Virus record (IMG/VR): IMGVR_UViG_3300046528_000200
Span: 23,477 to 87,476 of that record
Strand: one strand, 5' to 3'
DNA: 64,000 bases
From: a virus
Taxonomy: Duplodnaviria > Caudoviricetes
Part shown: positions 1-8,915 of the stretch, piece after piece
How positions within the stretch are numbered: the stretch's first letter is position 1
Layout: each line of letters begins with the position of its first letter
Notes under the pieces: generated by a model
What the model was told of the DNA's origin: nothing
The model's database searches: none
What the model saw: only the letters and a program-made list of their open reading frames with translations
Position numbers and translations under genes: made by a program

Positions 1-1
1 C

Positions 2-739
2 GTCAACCAGGCGCTGGGCGAGACGGCCGACGCTGGCAGCGCCCAGCTGACGGCCGAAGACATCGAGGCTTGCCGCTACACGGCTGGCTCGCTGGCGTCG
101 AACGAGCTGCATGCCATGGGCATCGACGTCGGCCAGACCTGCCACATCGCCGTCGGCCGCCGCACCCTTGCCGGCCAGCTGCTGGTGGTGCACCGGGAAC
201 AGGTGGCGCTGGCCAAGCTGGCGGTTCGCCGGCGCGAGCTGGCGGCGAAGTGGCGCGTCCTGATCACCGTGATCGACGCCTTCCCTGAGACCAACCTGGT
301 GCATCAGATGCAACGCCAGGACAAGAACCTGTACGGCGGCGTCTATTCGCAAAGCCGGCTGCTGGCGACCTACAAGATCGTCATGGTCGACGAGGACAAG
401 GCCGAGGGCAAGCTGCCGATCAACCAGGCGCAGATCATGCGCGACATCAACTTCGACGAGGTAATGGCGCTCTACAAGAGCCGACAGCTGCAGTGGATGC
501 CGATGGGCGACCACACCGACCGCCTCTGGCCGCTGCACATGCTCGACATGAAGCGCACCCAGGTGTTCGACAAGCACCAGGAGCTGGTCTACACCTGGGC
601 GAAGTCGAAGGAAGGCAACGACCACTTCATGCACACCTTGGGCTACTTGCACGTGGCTTCCCAGCTGATGGCGACGGCCTCACGCGACATTCCGTTCGTC
701 GGTGTGAAGCTGTTCGGTACTTTCCGCGTGAAGCAATAA
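2..739 (+). CDS. terL: Terminase large subunit, C-terminal nuclease part (5' truncated by window edge)
   Basis: Frame is open from base 2 (VNQALGE...AMGIDVG...NDHFMHTLGY). NQALGE, GIDVG and DH motifs fit GpA-type terminases, and the gene lies directly upstream of the portal. Confidence 0.85.
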   Translation, partial: VNQALGETADAGSAQLTAEDIEACRYTAGSLASNELHAMGIDVGQTCHIAVGRRTLAGQLLVVHREQVALAKLAVRRRELAAKWRVLITVIDAFPETNLVHQMQRQDKNLYGGVYSQSRLLATYKIVMVDEDKAEGKLPINQAQIMRDINFDEVMALYKSRQLQWMPMGDHTDRLWPLHMLDMKRTQVFDKHQELVYTWAKSKEGNDHFMHTLGYLHVASQLMATASRDIPFVGVKLFGTFRVKQ

Positions 740-758
740 TCCCAGGCAAGCAAAATTC

Positions 759-787
759 TTGCCAGCAGGATAGTTCGGTGCGATACT
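759..787 (+). promoter_or_regulatory. sigma70-like promoter for portal, overlapped by GGCAAG-N7-CTTGCC inverted repeat (745-763)
   Basis: TTGCCA(759-764)-17 bp-GATACT(782-787) with extended TGn. Confidence 0.6.
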
Positions 788-793
788 GCGCCA

Positions 794-2383
794 ATGTTCG
801 ATGCCGCCCGACAATTCTTTGCCAAGCTGTCCACGCCGAAGGCGGGGAAAAGCACTGGCACGCTCCAGCCGGCCACCAGCCTGCCGGCCATGCCGCTGAT
901 CGAGACGCCGAAGACGCCGAACAAGCAGGTCACCCAGCCGGGCTACGTCCCGAACACCAGCTACGTCACCTCGCCGCTGACCAAGAAGGATAGCCGGGTT
1001 GTCGTGACCGACGTCGCCGCGGCGGCGCGCCAGACAGCCACTACGCCGGCTGCAATCCGCACGCTGTCGCGCCTGACGCCCGACCTGTCGGCGGCGAACA
1101 ACGCCTTCCTGCGCGTCGGCATTCCTGAAAAATGGAAAGTCATCGCCCGCAACATCGACGGTAGTTTCAACCGCGAGGCGACCGCGCTGGCCAACAGCAT
1201 TCTGCGCCAGTTCGACCTGATGCCCGACTACGCGTCCGGCTTTTCGCAGGTCTCGAGCCTGCGCTCGGTGGCCGAAGCCTTGGGCAAGGAGATCCTGGTC
1301 GAAGGCGCCATGGCGCTGGAACTGGTGCTCGACAAGAATCGCATGCCTTACAAGTTCCAGCCGGTGGCCGTCTCCCAGCTGGTCTTCGTCGAGGACAAGA
1401 ATAGCCAGGGCATCAAGGCCCAGCAGCTGATCGGCGGCGAATACATCGACCTCGATGTCCCGACCTTCTTCTACACCTCGCTCGACCAGGACCTGCTGAC
1501 CGCCTACCCGATCAGCCCGATGGAAGCCGCGGTGCAGCCGGTGCTGACGGCGGCCGACTTCGCTAACGACATGCGCCGCATCTGCAAGCGCGCCGTCTAC
1601 CCGCGCTATGACGTCGAGATCGACGAAGAAAAGCTGCGCGAACGGCTGCCGCCGGAGATCCTCAACGATGCCGAGAAGCAGGCCGAGTTCATGAATTCGG
1701 CGATCGCCGACGTCCAGTCGGTCATCAACACGATGAACCCCGAGGACGCGATCGTCCACTTCGACTTCTTCACCGTCACCGTGGTCGACATGAAGAGCGC
1801 CAACAGCGCGGAGAGCTTCAACACCGTCAAGGGCATCATCGACGAAAAGGTCTCGACCGGCGCCAAGGTCATGCCATCGATCCTGGGCCACGGCTCGGGT
1901 TCCCAGAATGTGGCCAGCACCGAGACGATGGTCTTCATGATGAGCGCCAACGGCATCATCCGCCTCAAGCTGCAGGAGGTGTTCTCGAAGGCGATGACGC
2001 TGGCCGTGCGCCTGTTCGGCATGGACGTCACCGTCGAATTCCGCTACGACGACATCAATCTGCGCCCGACCCTGGAGCTGGAGAGCTTCAAGTCGATGAA
2101 GCAGGCGCGCAACCTCGAGCTCCTGAGCCTTGGCTTCCTGACCGACGACGAAGCATCGCTCGAGCTTACCGGCGAAATGACGCCGACCGGCTTCAAGCCG
2201 CTATCCGGCACTGGCTTCTATACGCCGGCCGCCGGCGGCGCCGCCGCGGCGCCCGGTGATGGCACGTCCGCCGATCCGACCAATCCGAATAGCAAGGCGT
2301 CGCCTCTCGGCAACAAGCAGGGCGCCGCCCAGCAAGGCCAGAAATCCGACGCGCCCAGCAAACCGAAAGGACCGCAAAAATGA
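794..2383 (+). CDS. Portal protein
   Basis: 529 aa between terL and the head protease, with a low-complexity C-tail. Assigned mainly from synteny and size. Confidence 0.8.
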   Translation: MFDAARQFFAKLSTPKAGKSTGTLQPATSLPAMPLIETPKTPNKQVTQPGYVPNTSYVTSPLTKKDSRVVVTDVAAAARQTATTPAAIRTLSRLTPDLSAANNAFLRVGIPEKWKVIARNIDGSFNREATALANSILRQFDLMPDYASGFSQVSSLRSVAEALGKEILVEGAMALELVLDKNRMPYKFQPVAVSQLVFVEDKNSQGIKAQQLIGGEYIDLDVPTFFYTSLDQDLLTAYPISPMEAAVQPVLTAADFANDMRRICKRAVYPRYDVEIDEEKLRERLPPEILNDAEKQAEFMNSAIADVQSVINTMNPEDAIVHFDFFTVTVVDMKSANSAESFNTVKGIIDEKVSTGAKVMPSILGHGSGSQNVASTETMVFMMSANGIIRLKLQEVFSKAMTLAVRLFGMDVTVEFRYDDINLRPTLELESFKSMKQARNLELLSLGFLTDDEASLELTGEMTPTGFKPLSGTGFYTPAAGGAAAAPGDGTSADPTNPNSKASPLGNKQGAAQQGQKSDAPSKPKGPQK

Positions 2384-3183
2384 CCCCGATTTTCTGGGCT
2401 GGCTCGGAAGAGAGCTTCGAAGTCTACCTGCAGGCAATCGCCAGCGTGCGCGACATGGCCAAGGAGATCATGGCGCGCGGCGGCGAAGGCCAGCCTGACG
2501 CACCCAAGACCTGGCAGAAGCAGGGCAGCCTAGCCATCATCCCGATCAGCGGCTCGCTGATCGAAGGCCATGCCGGCTGGCTGTCCTTCTTCGGCGTCAC
2601 CGGCTACGCCGACATCGAATCAGCCCTGACCGCGGCCGCCATGGACGGCGACGTCAAGCGCATCCTGCTCGACGGCCGCTCCGGTGGTGGCGCCGCCAGC
2701 GGTGCCCAGCCGCTTGCCGATTACATCACCCAGGTCAAGGCGGTCAAGCCGATCGACGCCCACATCAGCACCGTCGGCGCCTCTGCTGCCTACTGGGCCA
2801 TGAGCGCGGCCGACAACCTGTCGATCAGCCCGATGGGTGTGACCGGCTCGATCGGCGCCGTCCAGATCCACACCGCGGTGCACCGCCAGCTGACCGAGGC
2901 CGGCATCGACAAGACCGTCGTGCGCTCGGGCGAATTCAAGATGCTGGGCAATCCGTACGAGCCGCTGTCGGATGCCGCCAAGGCCGAGATGCAGAGCCAG
3001 GTGAACGATGTCGCCGCCCTGTTCGAAGATCACGTCGGCAAGATGCTGGGCGTCTCCGCCAGCCATGTGCGCGAGCACATGGGGCAAGGCCGGACGTTCC
3101 TTGGCCAGCGCGCCGTGACCGCAGGCCTGGTCAAGAAGGTCCAGACTTTCGATGAAGCTGTTGCCGCAGCGAAAAGTCGTTGA
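2380..3183 (+). CDS. Prohead maturation protease, S49/SppA family
   Basis: SGGG, GASAAYW and TGSIG motifs; ATGA overlap with portal. Confidence 0.9.
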   Translation: MTPIFWAGSEESFEVYLQAIASVRDMAKEIMARGGEGQPDAPKTWQKQGSLAIIPISGSLIEGHAGWLSFFGVTGYADIESALTAAAMDGDVKRILLDGRSGGGAASGAQPLADYITQVKAVKPIDAHISTVGASAAYWAMSAADNLSISPMGVTGSIGAVQIHTAVHRQLTEAGIDKTVVRSGEFKMLGNPYEPLSDAAKAEMQSQVNDVAALFEDHVGKMLGVSASHVREHMGQGRTFLGQRAVTAGLVKKVQTFDEAVAAAKSR

Positions 3184-3208
3184 CAAAGCAAAATCCGTGC
3201 CCAATAAT
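3180..3208 (+). promoter_or_regulatory. sigma70-like promoter for scaffold/capsid genes
   Basis: TTGACA(3180-3185)-17 bp-AATAAT(3203-3208). Confidence 0.7.
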
Positions 3209-3233
3209 TGCCATCATTCAAGAGGATGCCGAA

Positions 3234-3839
3234 ATGAAACTTAACGCCGCACAACTTGCCTGCGCAGCAGCAGGCGGTACCCCGGAGCAGATCGCCGCAC
3301 TGGCCGTCGCTCCGGAAGCCAATCCGCCAGGCAATCCAGGCGCTGACGCGAACGCTGCGCCGGGCGCCGCCGGTGCTGGCGCTGTCGCCGCGTCGGGCGC
3401 TGCCGCTACCGGTGCTGTGACCGCTACCGCGCCGCCCGCAGGCGAAGGTACCGGCATCGCCGCGCCGGCCGTCGCCGCTTCGGGCGAGCTGGTTTCGCAT
3501 CTGAAAGCCGAAGTAGCCGAGCTGACCGCCAAGCTGCTGGCTTCGCAAGTCCAGGCTGAAGGCTTCAAGGCCCAGTCCACGGCTGCCGACGGCATGCTCG
3601 CGGTGCTGCGCAGTGCGATCGGCGAAAAGATGGTGGCGCTGGGCGGCTCGGCCGACATCGCCGCCGGCTACACCCACGCGAACATCGTCGAGCATTACAA
3701 CCGCATCGACACCGTGTTCAAGACCCAATTCCGTGTTGGCGGCGTCGCAGCCGTTGCATCTCCGGACGTCAAACCCAACTCCAAGGCGCAGATCAGTCCG
3801 ATGTTTGCCGCGGCGGTGGAAAACTCTCTCGTTAAATAA
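3234..3839 (+). CDS. Capsid scaffolding protein
   Basis: Start reassigned to ATG 3234 (SD AGAGGA 3221-3226). Ala/Gly/Pro-rich N-half plus a coiled coil, lying between protease and capsid genes. Confidence 0.7.
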   Translation: MKLNAAQLACAAAGGTPEQIAALAVAPEANPPGNPGADANAAPGAAGAGAVAASGAAATGAVTATAPPAGEGTGIAAPAVAASGELVSHLKAEVAELTAKLLASQVQAEGFKAQSTAADGMLAVLRSAIGEKMVALGGSADIAAGYTHANIVEHYNRIDTVFKTQFRVGGVAAVASPDVKPNSKAQISPMFAAAVENSLVK

Positions 3840-3850
3840 AGGGGCGCACC

Positions 3851-4399
3851 ATGTCCAAAGCACATTACATCACTCCGACCGGGCCGACTCCCGATGTCAT
3901 GGTCGTCCGCCTGGGTGCCTCGCGCACCGTCGGCGGCGTTCCGGGCACCGGCGGCTCCATGACCTTCCTCGAAGAGAGCAAGTTCGTCAAGCTGGTCGGC
4001 GAATCGCAGTATGACCTCTGCGCTTCCGGCGACGCCATCGAGGCGCAGATCGTCTCGGTCGAAGCTGCCACCTCCGACGGCTGGACCATCGGCGGCGTGC
4101 GCGAGACCAAGGAAGTCTACGTCACCGCGGCCGGCCTGCAGGCCACCGAAGGCACCGGTAACATCGCGATCGGCGACTATGTCGTGGCCGGCACCCAGGA
4201 TGCCAAGGGCGTGGCGATGACCACCGCCTATCCGAAAGTCCTCAAAGCCGCCGTCCAGGTCGGCGCCGTACCTGCCACGCTGGCTGAAGCCGGCGCACAG
4301 TCGAAACTTGCAGCACATGCCTGGCGCGTTGTGTCGCTCGGTCCTGTCGGTTCCGGGGCTCCCGGCACCACCATCGTCATCACTCGCCTCGGGAGCTAA
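3851..4399 (+). CDS. Head decoration/cement protein
   Basis: 182-aa beta-rich protein immediately before the major capsid gene. Confidence 0.6.
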   Translation: MSKAHYITPTGPTPDVMVVRLGASRTVGGVPGTGGSMTFLEESKFVKLVGESQYDLCASGDAIEAQIVSVEAATSDGWTIGGVRETKEVYVTAAGLQATEGTGNIAIGDYVVAGTQDAKGVAMTTAYPKVLKAAVQVGAVPATLAEAGAQSKLAAHAWRVVSLGPVGSGAPGTTIVITRLGS

Positions 4400-4404
4400 T
4401 CAAA

Positions 4405-5628
4405 ATGGCATTTTTCATCAATAAAGACGGCAACCATGAGCACGTCGAAATCGGCGCTGATGTGTACGCCGCGGCCAAGGCCGAAAAGAAGTCGGTTCCC
4501 CAGTTCCTGAACTCGAAGTTCCAGGCTGACGCCGACATTTCGAAAGGCTCGCCTTTCGCCCAGCTGTGCGCGTCCGAAGGCCTGATCGCCGAGCCGAAGA
4601 ACAACGTGTTCGGTCTGCGTTCGCCGACCATCGCCGAGATCCTGGACGGCAAGAGCGGCTTCGACGCCGCCAGCTCGACCAACGTCCAGCAGAAGGGCAA
4701 TCCCTACGGCTCGCAGTCGCGCAACCTGTTCCCGGCCGCGCTGATCGCCGCGATCGAATCGGCTGTCGACGTGGATCGCACCACCGACACCCAGGTGTTC
4801 GAAAGCATGGTGGCGCAGAAGATTTCGATCGGTGGCGACACCTTCGAGCAGCCGCTGATCAACTACACCATCCCGGGCGAGCAGGGTCCGACCAAGGCCA
4901 AGGCGCAGCGCGTCTCGCAGCTGACCATGGTCCCGACCATCCTGCAGATCACCACCAGCGACAAGGTGCGTCGTCTGCCGACCTACGGTATCGGTATCGA
5001 AATGTCGGCGCAGGCCCTGAAGACCCAGACCCTGGATCTGCTGGCCATGACCGTCAAGCGCTACCAGGACATCGAGAAGGACCAGCGCGTCTACAACTAC
5101 ATCTCGAGCCTGTACGTCGGCGACAACGACATGGTGATCGGCGCCGTGCCGACCGTGACCTCGACCTCGTATGACTCGGTCGCGACCGGCGGCGTGATGA
5201 CCCACAAGGCCTGGGTGAAGTGGCTGACCGACAAACGCAAGTCGCGCAAGATCACCCACGCGATCTGCGACATCGACACCTACCTGAAGATCGAGAACCG
5301 TGCTGGTCGTCCGGGCCTGTCGGCTTACGACAACCGTCTGCCGATCATCGAAGCGCAGGCTCGCGTCACCAATCTGGACTTCCAGGACGTGACCTTCTTC
5401 ATCGTCGATCCGGCAACCCAGGGCGGCCCGGTGCCGGCCGGCGAAGTCTGGGGCCTGGACGCCCGCAAGGCGATCACCTCGGTGTCGAACACCGAAGCCG
5501 AGTACCAGGCGACCGAAGAGTTCATCCTGCGCCGCAGCTCCATGATGGTGATGCATTGGAGCCAAGAGGTGTACCGCACGTTCGGGGATGCTGAGTTGAC
5601 TCCGTTCACGCGCCTGGTCATCGCGTAA
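4405..5628 (+). CDS. Major capsid protein
   Basis: 407 aa with strong codon bias, followed by a strong terminator, at the canonical position. Confidence 0.85.
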   Translation: MAFFINKDGNHEHVEIGADVYAAAKAEKKSVPQFLNSKFQADADISKGSPFAQLCASEGLIAEPKNNVFGLRSPTIAEILDGKSGFDAASSTNVQQKGNPYGSQSRNLFPAALIAAIESAVDVDRTTDTQVFESMVAQKISIGGDTFEQPLINYTIPGEQGPTKAKAQRVSQLTMVPTILQITTSDKVRRLPTYGIGIEMSAQALKTQTLDLLAMTVKRYQDIEKDQRVYNYISSLYVGDNDMVIGAVPTVTSTSYDSVATGGVMTHKAWVKWLTDKRKSRKITHAICDIDTYLKIENRAGRPGLSAYDNRLPIIEAQARVTNLDFQDVTFFIVDPATQGGPVPAGEVWGLDARKAITSVSNTEAEYQATEEFILRRSSMMVMHWSQEVYRTFGDAELTPFTRLVIA

Positions 5629-5643
5629 TCCGCGAGCGCCAAA

Positions 5644-5675
5644 AGAAACAGCCCTTCGGGGCTGTTTCTCATTTC
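5644..5675 (+). terminator. Intrinsic terminator after major capsid gene
   Basis: AGAAACAGCCC-TTCG-GGGCTGTTTCT: 11-bp stem with UUCG loop. Confidence 0.85.
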
Positions 5676-5685
5676 TGGCAAACAC

Positions 5686-5714
5686 TTGCTGCTTGTCACT
5701 TTCCATGCCACAAT
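5686..5714 (+). promoter_or_regulatory. sigma70-like promoter
   Basis: TTGCTG-17 bp-CACAAT with extended TG; GGCAA-ACAC-TTGC at 5677-5689. Confidence 0.55.
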
Positions 5715-5742
5715 ATCTGCACCACAACTAAGGAGTCACACC

Positions 5743-6090
5743 ATGGCCGAAATCCCCCGCATCTGGCTGCGCAGCGAAGCCAGCTTCCCGATGATCGACC
5801 CCGTCTCCGGCACCCGCTTCGAGCCGGGCACTGCCGTGCGCGCCGACCACACCGACTGGGTCAAGAGTCAGCCGGTAATCAAGCGCACTGCCAATCCGGA
5901 CGACAGCCCGACCGAGAAGGATCTGCAGAAGATCGCCGACCTGAACGCCGCCGACGAGCTGGCGCGTCAGGAGCGCGAGCGCACCGCCGAGCACGCCCAG
6001 CGCCTGGCCAACGGCAAGCTGCCGGTCGAAGACGCTGTCGCCCAAGCTGTGGCGCCGGCGCCGGTGGCAGTCGACAAGGCACCGGCATGA
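5743..6090 (+). CDS. Hypothetical head-region protein
   Basis: ATG 5743 with SD AAGGAG; 115 aa. Confidence 0.7.
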   Translation: MAEIPRIWLRSEASFPMIDPVSGTRFEPGTAVRADHTDWVKSQPVIKRTANPDDSPTEKDLQKIADLNAADELARQERERTAEHAQRLANGKLPVEDAVAQAVAPAPVAVDKAPA

Positions 6091-6338
6091 GCGCCGTGAT
6101 GCGGGCCAAGCTGGCCGTCTCCGGCGTGAGCTCGTTCTCCGGCAGCGACTCGCTGAGCTTCCGCGCCGTGTGTCTGAAAGAAGGCTACCCGGCTGACGGT
6201 AGCGACGAGAACAACTCGTTCGCGCGCTGGACACCGATGGCAAACCTGACGATGACCGTGAACAACCCTGACCTGATCGGTAAGTTTAAGGTTGGCGACG
6301 AGTTCTACGTCGACTTCACGCCTGTGGTGCCGGCATGA
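6087..6338 (+). CDS. Conserved phage hypothetical protein
   Basis: ATGA coupling; ENNSFARWTP...VNNP...FYVDFT pattern of a kind common in phage hypotheticals. Confidence 0.7.
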   Translation: MSAVMRAKLAVSGVSSFSGSDSLSFRAVCLKEGYPADGSDENNSFARWTPMANLTMTVNNPDLIGKFKVGDEFYVDFTPVVPA

Positions 6339-6466
6339 AAGCCAAAATCATGGCAGTAGCCATGCGCCTAGCCTGCTGGAAGATCGGCCTGGACTGGCAG
6401 ATGAAGCATCGCCACCTGACGGTCCGAAAGACCACCGCTGTCGGGCCATCCACGCCGTTCAGCTGA
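6335..6466 (+). CDS. Small hypothetical protein (43 aa, not in the ORF track)
   Basis: ATGA overlap with the previous gene (MKAKIMAVAMRLACWKIG...); ends just before a terminator. Confidence 0.5.
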   Translation: MKAKIMAVAMRLACWKIGLDWQMKHRHLTVRKTTAVGPSTPFS

Positions 6467-6468
6467 CC

Positions 6469-6497
6469 AAAGACCGCCTTCGGGCGGTCTTTCTTTT
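6469..6497 (+). terminator. Intrinsic terminator
   Basis: AAAGACCGCC-TTCG-GGCGGTCTTT followed by CTTTT. Confidence 0.85.
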
Positions 6498-6513
6498 AAT
6501 CAAGCAATTTCTG

Positions 6514-6522
6514 TGCCACAAT
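6514..6522 (+). promoter_or_regulatory. Extended -10 promoter element
   Basis: TGcCACAAT, identical to 5706-5714; -35 is weak. Confidence 0.45.
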
Positions 6523-6543
6523 ACCTCCACTCCGGAGGAACCC

Positions 6544-7029
6544 ATGACTGATCTCGTCCTTACCAGCAGCGTGCGCGCCGTGCTGGGCGTATCCAGCAAA
6601 GAGCTGCCCGACAGCGTCCTGACCAACCCGATCTACGCGACGCGGCTGCGTGAAGATCTGCGCGATATGCACGTGCAGCTGATAGCCGATTTCGCACGCG
6701 CCAATGCGCTGCCGCAGCCGTCGGACGACGAGGAGCGATTCCTCGAACTTGCCGCCAGCTACGGCGCCTACCATGTGGCCAACCAGTGCCTTGCGGCGCT
6801 GCCGATGTTCTCGCCCTTGACTATCAAGGACGAAAAGGCCGAGCTCACCCGCAACGTCGACTCGTTCAAGCAGCTGCGCGTCGACGTGCCGGCCGTGATG
6901 TCGCTGCTGAAGACCCGACTGCTCAAGGCCTACGCCGCGGTCAACGTCGACGCGCCGGCGCCGAACCCGACCACACGAACATTTGCCGCCTCCGTCGGCC
7001 TGGCGACCGACCCGGTTACCGGAGCCTGA
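6544..7029 (+). CDS. Head-tail adaptor protein
   Basis: ATG 6544 with SD GGAGG; 161-aa helical protein, first gene of the neck cluster. Confidence 0.65.
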   Translation: MTDLVLTSSVRAVLGVSSKELPDSVLTNPIYATRLREDLRDMHVQLIADFARANALPQPSDDEERFLELAASYGAYHVANQCLAALPMFSPLTIKDEKAELTRNVDSFKQLRVDVPAVMSLLKTRLLKAYAAVNVDAPAPNPTTRTFAASVGLATDPVTGA

Positions 7030-7031
7030 CC

Positions 7032-7868
7032 ATGGAATTTTCCGCTGTCACGTCGTTTTTCAACAACGATCCGGTCTACGACGCGTACACCGGGGAATTC
7101 ATCTGCAACTGCCATTCGAAGGCACACAACGACCAGTCTTCAGCCGGCGCCACGATTCGCCGGCGGACCATGACGACCGAGGTCGACGTCACCATGCCGG
7201 CGCGCAGCGTCGTCACGCTGCTGGGTGACCCCTGGCTGGTCGGCCACAGCAACGTCGACAGCTTCCAGGGTGACGCCGTGCGGCGCGTCTGGGGCCTCAA
7301 GCGCGGCATCAACACCATGCGCATGCTGTCGCCAGCGGAAGCCTGCGCGGGCGCCTCGGGCACGCTGCTGTACGCCCAGAAGGAGCTCTATCGCGACATG
7401 CAGAACGTGAAGAGCTTTTCCGACTGGGATCCGCTCTGGAGTGTGAACGTGGCGCCCAGCGAGGGCGCCGACGCGCGCGGCAAGTTCCTGCGCGAGGGCT
7501 CGACCCTGTTCCGGATCCGCGGCCTCTACATGGAGGTCGACGGCTTGCTGGTGTTCGAAGCCGACGAATTCGAGAGCGACGCGCTGCAGTCGGCCACCTT
7601 CACGACCGGCACCCTGAACGTCGTGACCGACCGGATGGAGGCGGCCAACACCACGCTGCAGGTGATCCAGGGCGACTCGCTCAAGTTCTACCGCTACCGC
7701 ACACAGGTCGAGGCTGACAGCCAGCCGGGCGACCGGGTGGTGTTCGTGCCGGCCGCCAGCGCGGCGCCACAACCCGGCTCGCAGCTGACCATGCTGGGCG
7801 CCACCTGGCGCGTGCTGACCTCGATCATCGAGCTGGACGCGCGCGTGCTGCGGGTGAGGCTGGCGTGA
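7032..7868 (+). CDS. Head closure/stopper-like protein
   Basis: ATG 7032 (MEFSAV...); 278-aa beta-rich protein; assigned from synteny. Confidence 0.55.
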   Translation: MEFSAVTSFFNNDPVYDAYTGEFICNCHSKAHNDQSSAGATIRRRTMTTEVDVTMPARSVVTLLGDPWLVGHSNVDSFQGDAVRRVWGLKRGINTMRMLSPAEACAGASGTLLYAQKELYRDMQNVKSFSDWDPLWSVNVAPSEGADARGKFLREGSTLFRIRGLYMEVDGLLVFEADEFESDALQSATFTTGTLNVVTDRMEAANTTLQVIQGDSLKFYRYRTQVEADSQPGDRVVFVPAASAAPQPGSQLTMLGATWRVLTSIIELDARVLRVRLA

Positions 7869-8416
7869 TCGCGATCAATGCCACCAAGCTGGCCGCCTCG
7901 ATCAAGAGCCTTGCGCTGATCCGGAAGAAGGTGCAGGAGGCAGGCGACGCGGCTTTTCGCCAGAAGCTCTATTACCTGTATGAGCGCGGCGTTCTGGTCT
8001 CGCCGCAGTGGTCCGGTGACTTCGCCAGCAACTGGAACATCGTCGTCGACGGCAACATGCCGGTCTACAAGCCGTGGCCGGGCAAGTTCGAGTCGCGCAT
8101 GTCGCGCAGCGACGGTGCCTACGACGGCGCCGCGGCGTACCGCGTGACGCCGCACCAGGCCGGCGACCCGGAAGCCGTCGGCACGGCGCTGGCGCGCGGC
8201 GCGGCGCAGCTGCGCGGCGTGACGATGAAGAGCCGCGTGCACTTCGTCAACGCGACCGAGCTGGAAGTCGGCGACGGCGGCGCCACGATGATCGGTCTCG
8301 ATGGCGTCGAGCATCTGCGGCCCGAGAACGTCATCCCCGGTCACATGCGCATCGAGCAGTACATCCGCGCACAGGCGGTGGCCATCCCCAACATGCCAAA
8401 TTCGGAAATCCCATGA
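7865..8416 (+). CDS. Neck/tail completion protein (HK97 gp10-like position)
   Basis: GTGA coupling; SPQWSGDFASNW motif resembles P-x-x-T/S-G tail completion proteins. Confidence 0.6.
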   Translation: MIAINATKLAASIKSLALIRKKVQEAGDAAFRQKLYYLYERGVLVSPQWSGDFASNWNIVVDGNMPVYKPWPGKFESRMSRSDGAYDGAAAYRVTPHQAGDPEAVGTALARGAAQLRGVTMKSRVHFVNATELEVGDGGATMIGLDGVEHLRPENVIPGHMRIEQYIRAQAVAIPNMPNSEIP

Positions 8417-8841
8417 GCGACGTCTTTACCACCACCCAGCTGCGCGAGACCATCATGGCCACGATTGCCCAGGCCGCGGCCAGCTATACCGCCTACCCGG
8501 TCACGATCGAGACCAGCAACCGCGACGTTGTCGACCAGGTGGGCCAGACCAACCCCTACCTGCAGGTGACGATCGCCAACATGGGTGGCGAGCAGACCGA
8601 ACTTGGGCCGAACCCGCTCATCAAGCGCAGCGGTCAGATCCTGCTGGCCGCGGTCGTCAAGGACGGCACCGGCACGGCCGATGCGGAAGCGCTGCGCGAC
8701 TACTTCATGGCGCAGCTGAGCACCGCACAGCTTGGGATCGTGCAGTGCCAGGCTGGCTACCCGGTGCAGGGCAGGCCGCTCAAGGGTCTCTGGTTCGAGC
8801 CGGCGATCATCCCGTTTTTCTACTTCAGTCGCGACCGCTGA
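8413..8841 (+). CDS. Tail terminator protein
   Basis: ATGA coupling at 8413; 142 aa, immediately before the tail tube. Confidence 0.65.
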   Translation: MSDVFTTTQLRETIMATIAQAAASYTAYPVTIETSNRDVVDQVGQTNPYLQVTIANMGGEQTELGPNPLIKRSGQILLAAVVKDGTGTADAEALRDYFMAQLSTAQLGIVQCQAGYPVQGRPLKGLWFEPAIIPFFYFSRDR

Positions 8842-8857
8842 AATAAGTGGCAAACAA

Positions 8858-8888
8858 TTGACACTTGGCAATAGTTGCCTGCTAGACT
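8858..8888 (+). promoter_or_regulatory. Promoter for tail tube with GGCAA-TAG-TTGCC palindrome (8867-8879)
   Basis: TTGACA(8858-8863), 19-bp spacer, TGcTAGACT extended -10. Confidence 0.5.
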
Positions 8889-8915
8889 CCGGAGAAATTT
8901 CCTCGGAGAACTAAC

